From contig JAFGBS010000021.1 of the NCBI GenBank assembly GCA_016933055.1, positions 60,001-92,000 on the forward strand: a DNA stretch of 32,000 bases, in the 5' to 3' direction. This document shows, piece after piece, positions 9,098 through 17,734 of the stretch. The notes beneath the pieces are model-generated. The model did not search any database, was not told where the DNA came from, and saw only the letters and a list, made by a program, of their open reading frames with translations. Both the position numbers and the translations under genes were made by a program. Source of the DNA: Promethearchaeota archaeon (GTDB taxonomy: Archaea; Asgardarchaeota; Lokiarchaeia; Sigyniarchaeales; Promethearchaeaceae). Positions within the stretch are counted from its first letter, which is position 1. Every line of letters begins with the position of its first letter.

Positions 9098-10189
9098 TTG
9101 AAAATTGACACTCAAAAACCATTTCTCCCAATCTACTCCGTAAAAGGTTCGGGATATGATTTAGGATTCCAAATCGGCCAATTGGCAAAACATCACATTC
9201 AAAAAACACTGATCCCTGAAAATAAATGGTTCATGGAAAGAAAGAATCTCGATGACAGCGATCCAACATTTTTAAACAGCACTCTGGCATTGACCAAAAA
9301 ATACTTACCAAAATATGTCGAAGAAATGAAAGGTTTGGCCGATGGTGCCGAAGTGCCATTTCGAGATATCTGGGTAATTAATAGTGCAGATAGAGAAACT
9401 TACGATCTAGAAACATGCTCTGATATTATAATAAAATCATCCAATGGAATAATTCATGGTCATAATGAAGATTTCAACAATAAAAACTCCGACTTTTCCT
9501 ATTTTTTGCATATAATATCCGAAAATGGAACAGAAATCTTTTCTCATACATATCCGGGTGCTTTATCCGGTACCTCTTTTGCAGTAAACTCCCATGGTCT
9601 ATCTATCACTCAAAATACTTTACCAAACCCAAATCAGAATATGGGAATTTCACGGAAAGTAATTGATCGGTGGCTTTTAGAAGCAGAATCCATTGATGAT
9701 GCAATAAATCGTATTAATATAACTCCACGTTCGGGTGTTTTTTCTTATAATATCTGCTCTTTAATGGAACACCGCGCAATTAATGTGGAAACTACGGAAT
9801 TTGAAAGTTTCCTTACTGAAATCTATAAGAATTATTTTCATACTAATCATTATCTACATCCCAGTAATCGTCATATTCCCATTCATCCTACTAGCACTAC
9901 CAAAACGAGATTCTCTCGGTTGGAGGAATTAGTTCCGCTTGCAAACGCTACGTTAGAAGATGTTTTAGTTGTTTTATCAGATCCAAAAATATTTTGTACC
10001 GAACGAGAAATCTATCCAGGGTGGTTTAGAAAATCTTTTTCCACTGTTATCTATGAATTCTCTACGAACCGGCTTAAAACAGTAATTTTTCCCTATAATA
10101 GAGATCCAGAAACGGTTATTCGGGTTGATATATCTGCTCATACTGGTATAGCTACAGCTCCCGTGCAATTAAATCCGATTGAAGACTAG
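9098..10189 (+). CDS. C45-family Ntn-hydrolase (acyl-CoA:6-APA acyltransferase-like peptidase)
   Basis: G..Y.LG.Q.G at the N-terminus, YVEEMKGLADGA, a nucleophile Cys in ETCSD followed by HGHNED, then NSHGL, N/H-rich HTNHY and S..R motifs. TTG start preceded by GGTGA/AGGA. Confidence 0.85.
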   Translation: MKIDTQKPFLPIYSVKGSGYDLGFQIGQLAKHHIQKTLIPENKWFMERKNLDDSDPTFLNSTLALTKKYLPKYVEEMKGLADGAEVPFRDIWVINSADRETYDLETCSDIIIKSSNGIIHGHNEDFNNKNSDFSYFLHIISENGTEIFSHTYPGALSGTSFAVNSHGLSITQNTLPNPNQNMGISRKVIDRWLLEAESIDDAINRINITPRSGVFSYNICSLMEHRAINVETTEFESFLTEIYKNYFHTNHYLHPSNRHIPIHPTSTTKTRFSRLEELVPLANATLEDVLVVLSDPKIFCTEREIYPGWFRKSFSTVIYEFSTNRLKTVIFPYNRDPETVIRVDISAHTGIATAPVQLNPIED

Positions 10190-11441
10190 AGGAATTTGCG
10201 GAAATCATCGGGTATAGGGACAATAATTTGGAATAGGTTTCATAGTTATTGATAACTGCAGGATTCTGTAAGGGAAATGGGAGATTTTCTACCACACTTT
10301 TTGTAAGATGGTGAGCTAAAAGTAATCCTTTTTTTGTTAGTTTATTATTTCTGATGAACCCCGTGATTCTGAGTACGTTTATCACAAATTTAACAGATTT
10401 AGAAAACTCATATTGAGAATTTATCTCGAGATCCCCTATCATGCGTGCTAAGCGACGCCATTCAATGGATTCTGGATCATTTTTTGATATTAAAGCCTCT
10501 GGATTTATATTTTCATTTTCGGGACTCCAGTAATGCAGATACAATCCAACGGGTGGATTTACCATTCGATAATCCCCGTATCCGGAAAATGCTGCTGGTC
10601 CAAATCCGATGTAATCTTCTACCAATTCGTCTCTGGATGAATCGTACAAATCATTATGATTGGTAAATGTCCATGGTCCTCTACGTACATATCCATTTTC
10701 TCTAAGAATAGAGAAGCTCTTTTCTATGGTGCTGAATTGTTCTGCATTTTGCATTTTGGAATTGGAAACTAGACCACGGATTGCCATATAAGGATATATG
10801 GTCACTTGAGATGGGTTTATTTCACATAAAAACTTAATATCTTTGAGAAATCCCGGTATAGTTTGATTTTCTAAACCAATCAACATATCTACATTAGTAA
10901 AAAGACCGAGACTTTGTGCATATTGAAGTAATTCTCGAAGATCCTCATAATTTTTATTTGTTCTTCCCACCGATTCCAGTACATTGGATTGAAAAGTTTC
11001 GACGCCCACACTGAGTTTACTGAATCCGATTCTCTTTAGATCGGCTATATATTCTTTAGTGAGTAGAGATGGAAGTGCTTCGATTCCCATATTTTCAAAA
11101 GTGATTTTAGATTTCAAGGCATCCACAATTTGTTCCAATTGCTCTATTGTTAATACATTCGGAGTTCCACCTCCGTAGTAAATCCAACTTGGAGTCCCAT
11201 GGATGGTACTCTTGGAGATTTCATTAATAATTGCGTCTAAATATTTTTCCACGATAGATTTAGAGTATATTTCTTTGTAAAAAGGACAGAAATCACACAA
11301 TTGATAACAAAATGGTACATTTATATAAATTCCATAAGGTTCCTTGATAGAAACTTGCGGGATTTCGTCAAAATTATATCGTATTTTCTCAAAATTTTTA
11401 CGCATAAATGAAATAGTAGTGTCTATTATTCTATTCGGCAC
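10152..11441 (-). CDS. HemN/HemW-like radical SAM protein (coproporphyrinogen III oxidase family)
   Basis: YINVPFCYQLCDFC, IYYGGGTP, LSVGVETF, NVDMLIGL and QVTIYP motifs. GTG start. Its 3' end overlaps the C45 gene by 38 bp. Confidence 0.85.
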   Translation of the reverse strand: MPNRIIDTTISFMRKNFEKIRYNFDEIPQVSIKEPYGIYINVPFCYQLCDFCPFYKEIYSKSIVEKYLDAIINEISKSTIHGTPSWIYYGGGTPNVLTIEQLEQIVDALKSKITFENMGIEALPSLLTKEYIADLKRIGFSKLSVGVETFQSNVLESVGRTNKNYEDLRELLQYAQSLGLFTNVDMLIGLENQTIPGFLKDIKFLCEINPSQVTIYPYMAIRGLVSNSKMQNAEQFSTIEKSFSILRENGYVRRGPWTFTNHNDLYDSSRDELVEDYIGFGPAAFSGYGDYRMVNPPVGLYLHYWSPENENINPEALISKNDPESIEWRRLARMIGDLEINSQYEFSKSVKFVINVLRITGFIRNNKLTKKGLLLAHHLTKSVVENLPFPLQNPAVINNYETYSKLLSLYPMISANSSSLQSDLIAREL

Positions 11442-11515
11442 GATCGTTTCAGCTTATCCATTATTTTATTCGCATATAGGTGGGTAACCACAATCCTGTA
11501 GAAAAGTATTACTGT

Positions 11516-11543
11516 GTATTACTATATTTTAGAAAAGTAATAC
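11516..11543. promoter_or_regulatory. Putative NikR operator GTATTA-N16-TAATAC (GTATTACT-N12-AGTAATAC)
   Basis: Perfect 8-bp inverted arms spanning 28 bp, the same half-site spacing as the E. coli NikR site GTATGA-N16-TCATAC. It lies directly upstream of nikR, next to an AT-rich TATA-like tract at about 11549-11556. Confidence 0.7.
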
Positions 11544-11644
11544 TGCTCTATATATAGATTTTCTTTCCCTATTCTTTAGCTAAATTAGTTTCATAATATG
11601 GCATTCCGATACCTACAAAAATGAATATGTATGTAATAGCCATA

Positions 11645-12079
11645 ATGTACAGCGAAAAAAATGTTGAGCGTATATCATTTACAGTTCCCAGCGATTTTTT
11701 ACAAGAATTTGACAAGCTTGCAGATGAACTTGGATACAAAAGTCGCTCTCATGCAATCTCGGATGCAATGCGTGTATTTTTTAACGAGAAGAAACAGACC
11801 GACGAAAATATAGAGGTAGATGGATTCGTTATCATCGCATACAATCATCATCAACGTAATATTTTGGAAGAAATCACGCATTTAGAACATCATTCAGAAA
11901 TTACAATCAATTCATCTCTTCACATTCACGTATCGGAAGAAAATTGTTCCGAAGTCATTGCAGTTAAAGGGAAATTAGAAAATGTCAGAAGTTTCGCAAA
12001 CAAACTCCAAAGCATTAAAGGTATTTTATTATGTGAACTCGTTCCCCTCTATTTGTTTCCCAAAGACGCTATTGATTAG
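11645..12079 (+). CDS. nikR: Nickel-responsive transcriptional regulator NikR
   Basis: Ribbon-helix-helix ERISFTVP...FD.L....GY.SRS.AI.DAMR, then YNHH and SSLHIHVSEENCSEVIAVKG, which carries the H-x-H-x5-C nickel ligands. The ATG at 11645 is preferred; the ORF track begins at 11621. Confidence 0.9.
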   Translation: MYSEKNVERISFTVPSDFLQEFDKLADELGYKSRSHAISDAMRVFFNEKKQTDENIEVDGFVIIAYNHHQRNILEEITHLEHHSEITINSSLHIHVSEENCSEVIAVKGKLENVRSFANKLQSIKGILLCELVPLYLFPKDAID

Positions 12080-12815
12080 AAGTTTGTACATGATCAGAAT
12101 GCCTTGTGTTTAAGACGCGCAGGGACCCTATTGCACTTAGGACGATTAATACCATTTGCGAATATATGATGATTTTTTGACCAAGAGATTCAATAATGCG
12201 CCCTTCTCTCGTAGAAATTGCCGAGGGACCAAAAACCAATGCAAATATATATCCTATAATAAGGAATATAAATCCGATTAACATGTACGCATACCCATTT
12301 GGATACGATTCATCCCGTAAAATAGCAAGGGCGAAGAAAATATTAAAGGGGATCGCAACCAGAAAACCTATGAATACAAAAATCATATGAGGGATAATTG
12401 CTACATCCCAGGGGGTCCAAGCGACTCCTATATATGTGACAGATGAAATGATACCCAAAATAGATCCCTTTTGTGCTAGCGCAAATGATTTCGTATCTTT
12501 GGAAAAAATATAAGGTAAATGTTGTACATACAGTAAGAAACTTACCCCTGTGATTGTGAGGGTAAACGTAAACAAAACTGCGGATTTGTAATTAATTTCG
12601 CCTAAAAATGTGGTTAACATCCCCAGATCAGACAAATTATTATAGATGAACATGTATCGGTCTGAATAGTAATCCAGTGGTCCTATATGATAACTCCCTG
12701 GGTAGATGAACATATTTATTGTAGTTAAAACGATGAATAGAATCACTCCTGAGATTGCTAAATAGGCGGTCAATCTTAATCGGTGCGGTGAAATCTTGGA
12801 CTCTAATCTTACCAT
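12069..12815 (-). CDS. DUF998-like/Frag1-like 6-TM membrane protein
   Basis: YPG...Y....N.LSDLG motif after TM1 and a P.D....HM motif, with six hydrophobic segments. Convergent 11-bp overlap with nikR. Confidence 0.6.
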   Translation of the reverse strand: MVRLESKISPHRLRLTAYLAISGVILFIVLTTINMFIYPGSYHIGPLDYYSDRYMFIYNNLSDLGMLTTFLGEINYKSAVLFTFTLTITGVSFLLYVQHLPYIFSKDTKSFALAQKGSILGIISSVTYIGVAWTPWDVAIIPHMIFVFIGFLVAIPFNIFFALAILRDESYPNGYAYMLIGFIFLIIGYIFALVFGPSAISTREGRIIESLGQKIIIYSQMVLIVLSAIGSLRVLNTRHSDHVQTSNQ

Positions 12816-12918
12816 ATGGCTTAATCAAGTTTTCTTCAAATGTAAAAATTTACATTGAATAAAGTCGTTATTTTGCTCTCACTTTGGATATCGGATGGAT
12901 TAGATATACCATATTTCT

Positions 12919-13614
12919 TTAAAAAGCTCGAAAGATCACAATATAGAAGGATATTGCACCTACTAACACAAGAATATGCCATAGATCATGTGGTCCAAAT
13001 ATTCCTGGCCACAATCTTGGCCTTTTTGTGATATAAAACACCGTCCCAATAGAATAGGCTAATCCTCCCAAGATCATCCAAAATATATCAACACCTTGCC
13101 AGCCGATAAATAATTTGTGTGCACAAAACACTACCATCCAGCCTTGAAGCAGATAGATACTTGCTGTCAACCATCGTGGCGTACGAATCTTGAAAAGTTT
13201 AATTACAGTTCCCGTTATAGCAAAAACCCATTGACCGCTGAGGATTCCAATTCGCCAGCCTAATGGTAAGAATAGATAAGCCATCGGAGTATAGGTTCCA
13301 GCAATCAAAAAAAAGATTGCTATTTCATCCATTTTCGCCCAAATATCCCAATCATGCTCTGAAAGGCTCTGTGAATGACACATTGTGCTAGATAAAAATA
13401 AAAAAATATTCGTAAAGCCGTAGAGTATACTTAATAAAATCCCCCAAGTGTCTCCACGTGCTCTAATACTGATTAAAATAGTCCCAATCACGGAAAGTAC
13501 AGCCCCTATTAGATGAGAATAGGTGGAGAATCGTTCCTCTGGTATCTTGATGAACGGTTGAAATAATTTCTTTTTTTTTTGTTTAACTAGTTCTAAATTT
13601 TGGATTGAGGTCAT
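12919..13614 (-). CDS. Haemolysin III/PAQR-family membrane protein (copy 2)
   Basis: Same motifs as copy 1 (ERFSTYSH, SSTMCH, FLIAGTYTP, GPHDLWH). Alignment with copy 1 favours Met43 of the tracked ORF (ATG at 13614) over 13740 as the start. Confidence 0.9.
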   Translation of the reverse strand: MTSIQNLELVKQKKKKLFQPFIKIPEERFSTYSHLIGAVLSVIGTILISIRARGDTWGILLSILYGFTNIFLFLSSTMCHSQSLSEHDWDIWAKMDEIAIFFLIAGTYTPMAYLFLPLGWRIGILSGQWVFAITGTVIKLFKIRTPRWLTASIYLLQGWMVVFCAHKLFIGWQGVDIFWMILGGLAYSIGTVFYITKRPRLWPGIFGPHDLWHILVLVGAISFYIVIFRAF

Positions 13615-13883
13615 TTTATTCGATTCCCTTATTAATCCCAGTGAAAAGCGTAGATGGGTTGTACTTATATTGATCCAGCAAAATTTAGCATTAAAACCTT
13701 GCTCATTTTGAAGTCTTGTCTTAATTAATGAATCGATCATTTAAACAAAGCCTCCCCACTCCCACGACTGTCAACCAAGACCATGTTTTTTCTTTTAGTG
13801 GATATGTATCTTATAAAAGTATTTCTAAGATAATTTCTCAATAGGAGGAATAAAATTATAGCCTTATTCTTCAAAATGAAGGC

Positions 13884-14123
13884 ATGAGTATTAAAATAGC
13901 AATGTGTAATAAGTGCTGGTATCAATTTCCGTTAGACGAAAAAATGGAATCAATCGTCTGTCCATATTGTAAATTCTCAGGTTCCGATGACGAGTTTGAA
14001 ATAGATTTCAGAGATACATATGGTACTGGTTATAAAAAAACAATAAAAGATTTTCAAGATCTGTTGAGGGTGCTCAGTCGATATAAGATTAAATCGTTTT
14101 TTAAGAAAGATGTAAAGGTGTAA
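13884..14123 (+). CDS. Small zinc-ribbon protein
   Basis: 79 aa with CNKC-x14-CPYC, followed by an acidic and then a basic tail. Confidence 0.65.
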   Translation: MSIKIAMCNKCWYQFPLDEKMESIVCPYCKFSGSDDEFEIDFRDTYGTGYKKTIKDFQDLLRVLSRYKIKSFFKKDVKV

Positions 14124-14129
14124 ACGGTA

Positions 14130-14267
14130 ATGTATCGGAAAGAAAAATACATTTTTGAAAATTTGAATGGTAATAAAGTGGATCTCCAAGTTGTTCACAA
14201 TTATATGCAAAACGACGTTGTTCTTCAAAGGAAACTCTATAATATGTGGATGGACTACTACCGATAA
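14130..14267 (+). CDS. 45-aa hypothetical microprotein (below the ORF-track cutoff)
   Basis: My translation is MYRKEKYIFENLNGNKVDLQVVHNYMQNDVVLQRKLYNMWMDYYR*. It starts 6 bp after the Zn-ribbon stop, has AAGGTG upstream and fills the gap before the convergent gene. Confidence 0.5.
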   Translation: MYRKEKYIFENLNGNKVDLQVVHNYMQNDVVLQRKLYNMWMDYYR

Positions 14268-14315
14268 TCTTTTAATTTCATTATTTATCCAAATTGTTGG
14301 CTCTAATTATCCCTC

Positions 14316-15395
14316 TCATTTTTTATCAGCAGATATTATGAGTTTTACCCCAATCCAAACAGCTGGAACTACCGAAACTACGAAAAAGATGCAATTAACG
14401 AAAATCGTAACGAAAATCTGATACGCTTGGAAACTAAAAATTAAATTGTTTATACTTGTCAACAATATAACGACAATCAACCCTCCAAGGGATAGTAGAA
14501 TCCAAGTGTTCTTTTTCAAATTGAATGCGGATTTATTAGGATGGGAAAACCAGAGCCAGTTATTTGTATCAGGTACAAAATTCTTTGTGCCGTAGGTAAG
14601 ATAGAGAATTCCGTTAAAAATGAACAATAAACGCAGAACATCATTTGAATATATTAAAAATACCCTCGAAATGATGGATAATGCAATTAATGTCATCCCA
14701 TATAGTACAAGAACCAGATTGATTCGATTTTCATTCGTAGGGTGCTTTTTCGATTCTATTTCTAGAATATCGATGAGATTTCTTTCGATTCGATTTTTTT
14801 GTTTACTATTCCAAATAATTGGAATTTGAACAATTACCCTGTCCAACTGATTTGATCGAATCACCATCTGTCCAGGGGCCCAAAAAAAGACCAAAAGGAT
14901 TGCTACAATGTTTCCACTAGCTTGAAGAACATAATATACCCCAGTGTCAATCCCATAACCAAATACAGCATGATAGTTTAACAAGCTTATTCCATCCATA
15001 AATAGATAATAAGAGGAGAGGGCCAATGGAATTGTACCTAGGGCACTCCAAGTCATTTCTGTGTTAGAAATTGAGACCTCAGTTATACTTTGTAAGGGTA
15101 GAGAGACATTTTGGGTGATCAATCCTTTTTTTTCGTAAATTGTTAATGATTCGTCGGAAGATGATATTTCTACAGTACCTAAGGTACATAAAAATGCAAT
15201 GAGATACCCTATTGCTACTAAACTCGGAAAAAGTGCTGTAGGATACCATAAGGAAGGTCCACCGAGGAAAAAAAAACATCCATCATCTAATTCTTGCAAA
15301 ATTTGTAATCCCCATCTGTTCCACTGCAGGATAGCTATTAATGTGAGGACTCCACTTGCAATCAATAGATTCCAACTGCCTTTCCGGTATTTCAT
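14316..15395 (-). CDS. Hypothetical polytopic membrane protein (possible bacterial-PH-like soluble loops)
   Basis: 359 aa with about 8 TM segments separated by beta-rich loops (TVEISSSDESLTIYEKKGLITQNVSLPLQSITEV). Its start overlaps the upstream stop by 4 bp (ATGA). Confidence 0.75.
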   Translation of the reverse strand: MKYRKGSWNLLIASGVLTLIAILQWNRWGLQILQELDDGCFFFLGGPSLWYPTALFPSLVAIGYLIAFLCTLGTVEISSSDESLTIYEKKGLITQNVSLPLQSITEVSISNTEMTWSALGTIPLALSSYYLFMDGISLLNYHAVFGYGIDTGVYYVLQASGNIVAILLVFFWAPGQMVIRSNQLDRVIVQIPIIWNSKQKNRIERNLIDILEIESKKHPTNENRINLVLVLYGMTLIALSIISRVFLIYSNDVLRLLFIFNGILYLTYGTKNFVPDTNNWLWFSHPNKSAFNLKKNTWILLSLGGLIVVILLTSINNLIFSFQAYQIFVTIFVNCIFFVVSVVPAVWIGVKLIISADKK

Positions 15396-16969
15396 AGTAT
15401 TTCCTCCATGGTTCTAACTCCGCTTGTGGGAAAAAAACCCGAACCGCGTGCCAGCCAATATACTAGACTGAAGCTGAATCCCGCATATTCATACCGGGGA
15501 TTGATATTTTTTAATCTTGGACTATAGTCTTCAAATGGATTTTCTTCCCAAACGAATATATCTCCTGGCATAAATTCAACTGTTAGAGGTTTATTGAAGA
15601 ATACATCTTCCCGTTCGATTTCGAAGAAGAAGGGGCGATAGAGCCATCCTAACCAATGATTCTCCAAAAAATCATTCAGTAGATTAATTGTATCGACGGG
15701 GACATAGGAGCTATCCAGAGAGACATTCTTAAAACCCAGTTTTCGATCAGGAAAATGATATTCACAATCGTATCGCATTAATTGATCTTCTATATCTCGC
15801 TCGAGAATAGGATTTTCACTTGGTATATAATTTAGAATAAGTAGAATGATATTATAAAATGGATTTCTGTGGTTATTGGTGAAGGAGAAGATGGATTTTT
15901 CGAATTGTTTGTAGAAGAGATTTCTTATTTTTGGATCTGTTTCGAGTTCTAATAGTGCAAAACATACATGGTAACTGAAGGCAAACGCATAATAATTTGC
16001 AACTACCTCGATTTGTGAACCCATAGAAGCCCACTTTCCATATAATTCCTCTACAACATAGTGATAATAATATTGCATATATTTTTCCGGAAATGCCAGT
16101 GCACCTAACTTTAATACCAGTGCAGCCCATGCCCCACCGGTAAAGAATCGTGCCTTCATGGAAACCCCCGTCAATCCACCATGCCAATCTACCCCTAAGA
16201 AATTTGTTTGGATAAAATTGTGGGCAATTTGGTCTATCATCAACTTAGCTATCGCCTGGATATCGGATTCTTGCACATATTTGTAAACAAAACTTAATCC
16301 TCCTAGATATCCGCTATATTCATCTAATGAAGTAAATCCCCGCCAACGGAAATTGGAATACGGACCTGTTCCATTATGATGCTGTGAGTATTTATCATCA
16401 TTATAGAGATTTGTATCTTGAAAATAAAACTCGGAAATATTTCGAAATGCGGGATCTGCCCATCCGCGGGCAAGAATTCCCCCGTACTCTGAACCCAGAC
16501 CTCCGTTTGGAACAGCCAGTTGCATAGACATACCATGAAAAAGTTTACGAATAACTCGCAAACTATCTTCTTTCATAATTATGTTATTTTCTTGTATCGC
16601 GGCGAGATATTTGAATACCCACCCGGTAATAGCGAGCCCAGTCCATTGTCCTGTATTATCAGAATATGCATAATATTCTACAACTGTACATGAATTATCA
16701 GTAAATACCGTATCGGTACTCATATTCATAGGAATATGGTATTGTTCAAATCTAATATCATAATATTCTGCCATTTCGGCAAACCGTGTGTAATTCGCAT
16801 TCAAAAAACCACTTGGATCTGGCTCGTATTGTTGAGTAAATGCGGAGAGCTCTCTGAATTTTTGTTGTACAGAAATTCCAAATACAGAAACTAATATTAT
16901 TGGAAGAATAATAAAACAAAATTTTAGGACCTGACTCCAAGTGGTGGGGCGATGTTTACGAATTCTCAT
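15392..16969 (-). CDS. Membrane-anchored hypothetical protein, possibly an (alpha/alpha)6-barrel glycoside-hydrolase-like enzyme
   Basis: 525 aa with a single N-terminal TM (FCFIILPIILVSVFGISV) and an aromatic-rich body carrying SDNTGQWTG, WRGFTSLDEYSG and VWEENPF segments. The fold assignment is inference. Confidence 0.75.
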   Translation of the reverse strand: MRIRKHRPTTWSQVLKFCFIILPIILVSVFGISVQQKFRELSAFTQQYEPDPSGFLNANYTRFAEMAEYYDIRFEQYHIPMNMSTDTVFTDNSCTVVEYYAYSDNTGQWTGLAITGWVFKYLAAIQENNIIMKEDSLRVIRKLFHGMSMQLAVPNGGLGSEYGGILARGWADPAFRNISEFYFQDTNLYNDDKYSQHHNGTGPYSNFRWRGFTSLDEYSGYLGGLSFVYKYVQESDIQAIAKLMIDQIAHNFIQTNFLGVDWHGGLTGVSMKARFFTGGAWAALVLKLGALAFPEKYMQYYYHYVVEELYGKWASMGSQIEVVANYYAFAFSYHVCFALLELETDPKIRNLFYKQFEKSIFSFTNNHRNPFYNIILLILNYIPSENPILERDIEDQLMRYDCEYHFPDRKLGFKNVSLDSSYVPVDTINLLNDFLENHWLGWLYRPFFFEIEREDVFFNKPLTVEFMPGDIFVWEENPFEDYSPRLKNINPRYEYAGFSFSLVYWLARGSGFFPTSGVRTMEEIL

Positions 16970-17068
16970 TTAATTAGAACTTTTTACCTATATCCTATAT
17001 AAATCCATTCTTGGAAATACCCACAAAGTTCTCGATCTCTTTTTGAATAACCATGCATTTTTCTGATC

Positions 17069-17614
17069 ATGCTTGAAGGTAATGTAGTAAATCTGCGCTT
17101 AATGGAAAAAGAAGACATTTCATTAATACATGAATGGCACAATAATGTATTTTTATCCGGCATTTACAACCAATTACATCAATCCACACGAGAACAAATG
17201 GAACAGCGTTTCACCGAATCTCAATCCCATTCTGATTCACAAGCCCGTATGCAGTTTTTTATTGAATTAAAAGATGGCACAAAAGTAGGTAGTATCGGAG
17301 CATGGAAAGATCGGAGTCGTTTTTATACAATGGGTGCCTCTATTTTACCCGAATATCGGAAAAAAGGATATTGTACTGAAGCTACCGCCCTATTAATTGA
17401 TTATCTCTTCTTATCTGATACTGTTGAACGCATCCAAGCGCTAGCGAATGTTGATAATACTGGCTCCCTTAAAACATTACAAAAAGCGGGCTTGCAGAAA
17501 GAAGGTATATTGAGGAATTATGCTTTTGTTTACGGCCATTGGGCAGATATGGTGATGTTAAGTATCGTACGGGAGGAATGGCATCATCCAAAAGTGCTTA
17601 AACTTCCTCAATGA
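17069..17614 (+). CDS. GNAT acetyltransferase, RimJ/RimL family
   Basis: G..V.LR..E.ED at the N-terminus, acetyl-CoA motif PEYRKKGYCTEA, N..S...LQKAG...EGILR and G.W.D...S motifs. Confidence 0.9.
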   Translation: MLEGNVVNLRLMEKEDISLIHEWHNNVFLSGIYNQLHQSTREQMEQRFTESQSHSDSQARMQFFIELKDGTKVGSIGAWKDRSRFYTMGASILPEYRKKGYCTEATALLIDYLFLSDTVERIQALANVDNTGSLKTLQKAGLQKEGILRNYAFVYGHWADMVMLSIVREEWHHPKVLKLPQ

Positions 17615-17734
17615 GTAGTTTCTTTTTTTATTTAGAGAATGATGCCCCTTCGGAACAATATCAACGATTAGGGTTAGGAAAAGGGTAATTATAAATTAAA
17701 AAATCGATGGTTTGTTCCATTTCAATAATTTTTT

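Noticed and set aside
13615-13740. 42-aa N-terminal extension of haemolysin III copy 2 in the ORF track
   Set aside because: It has no counterpart in copy 1; the paralogue alignment starts near Met43.
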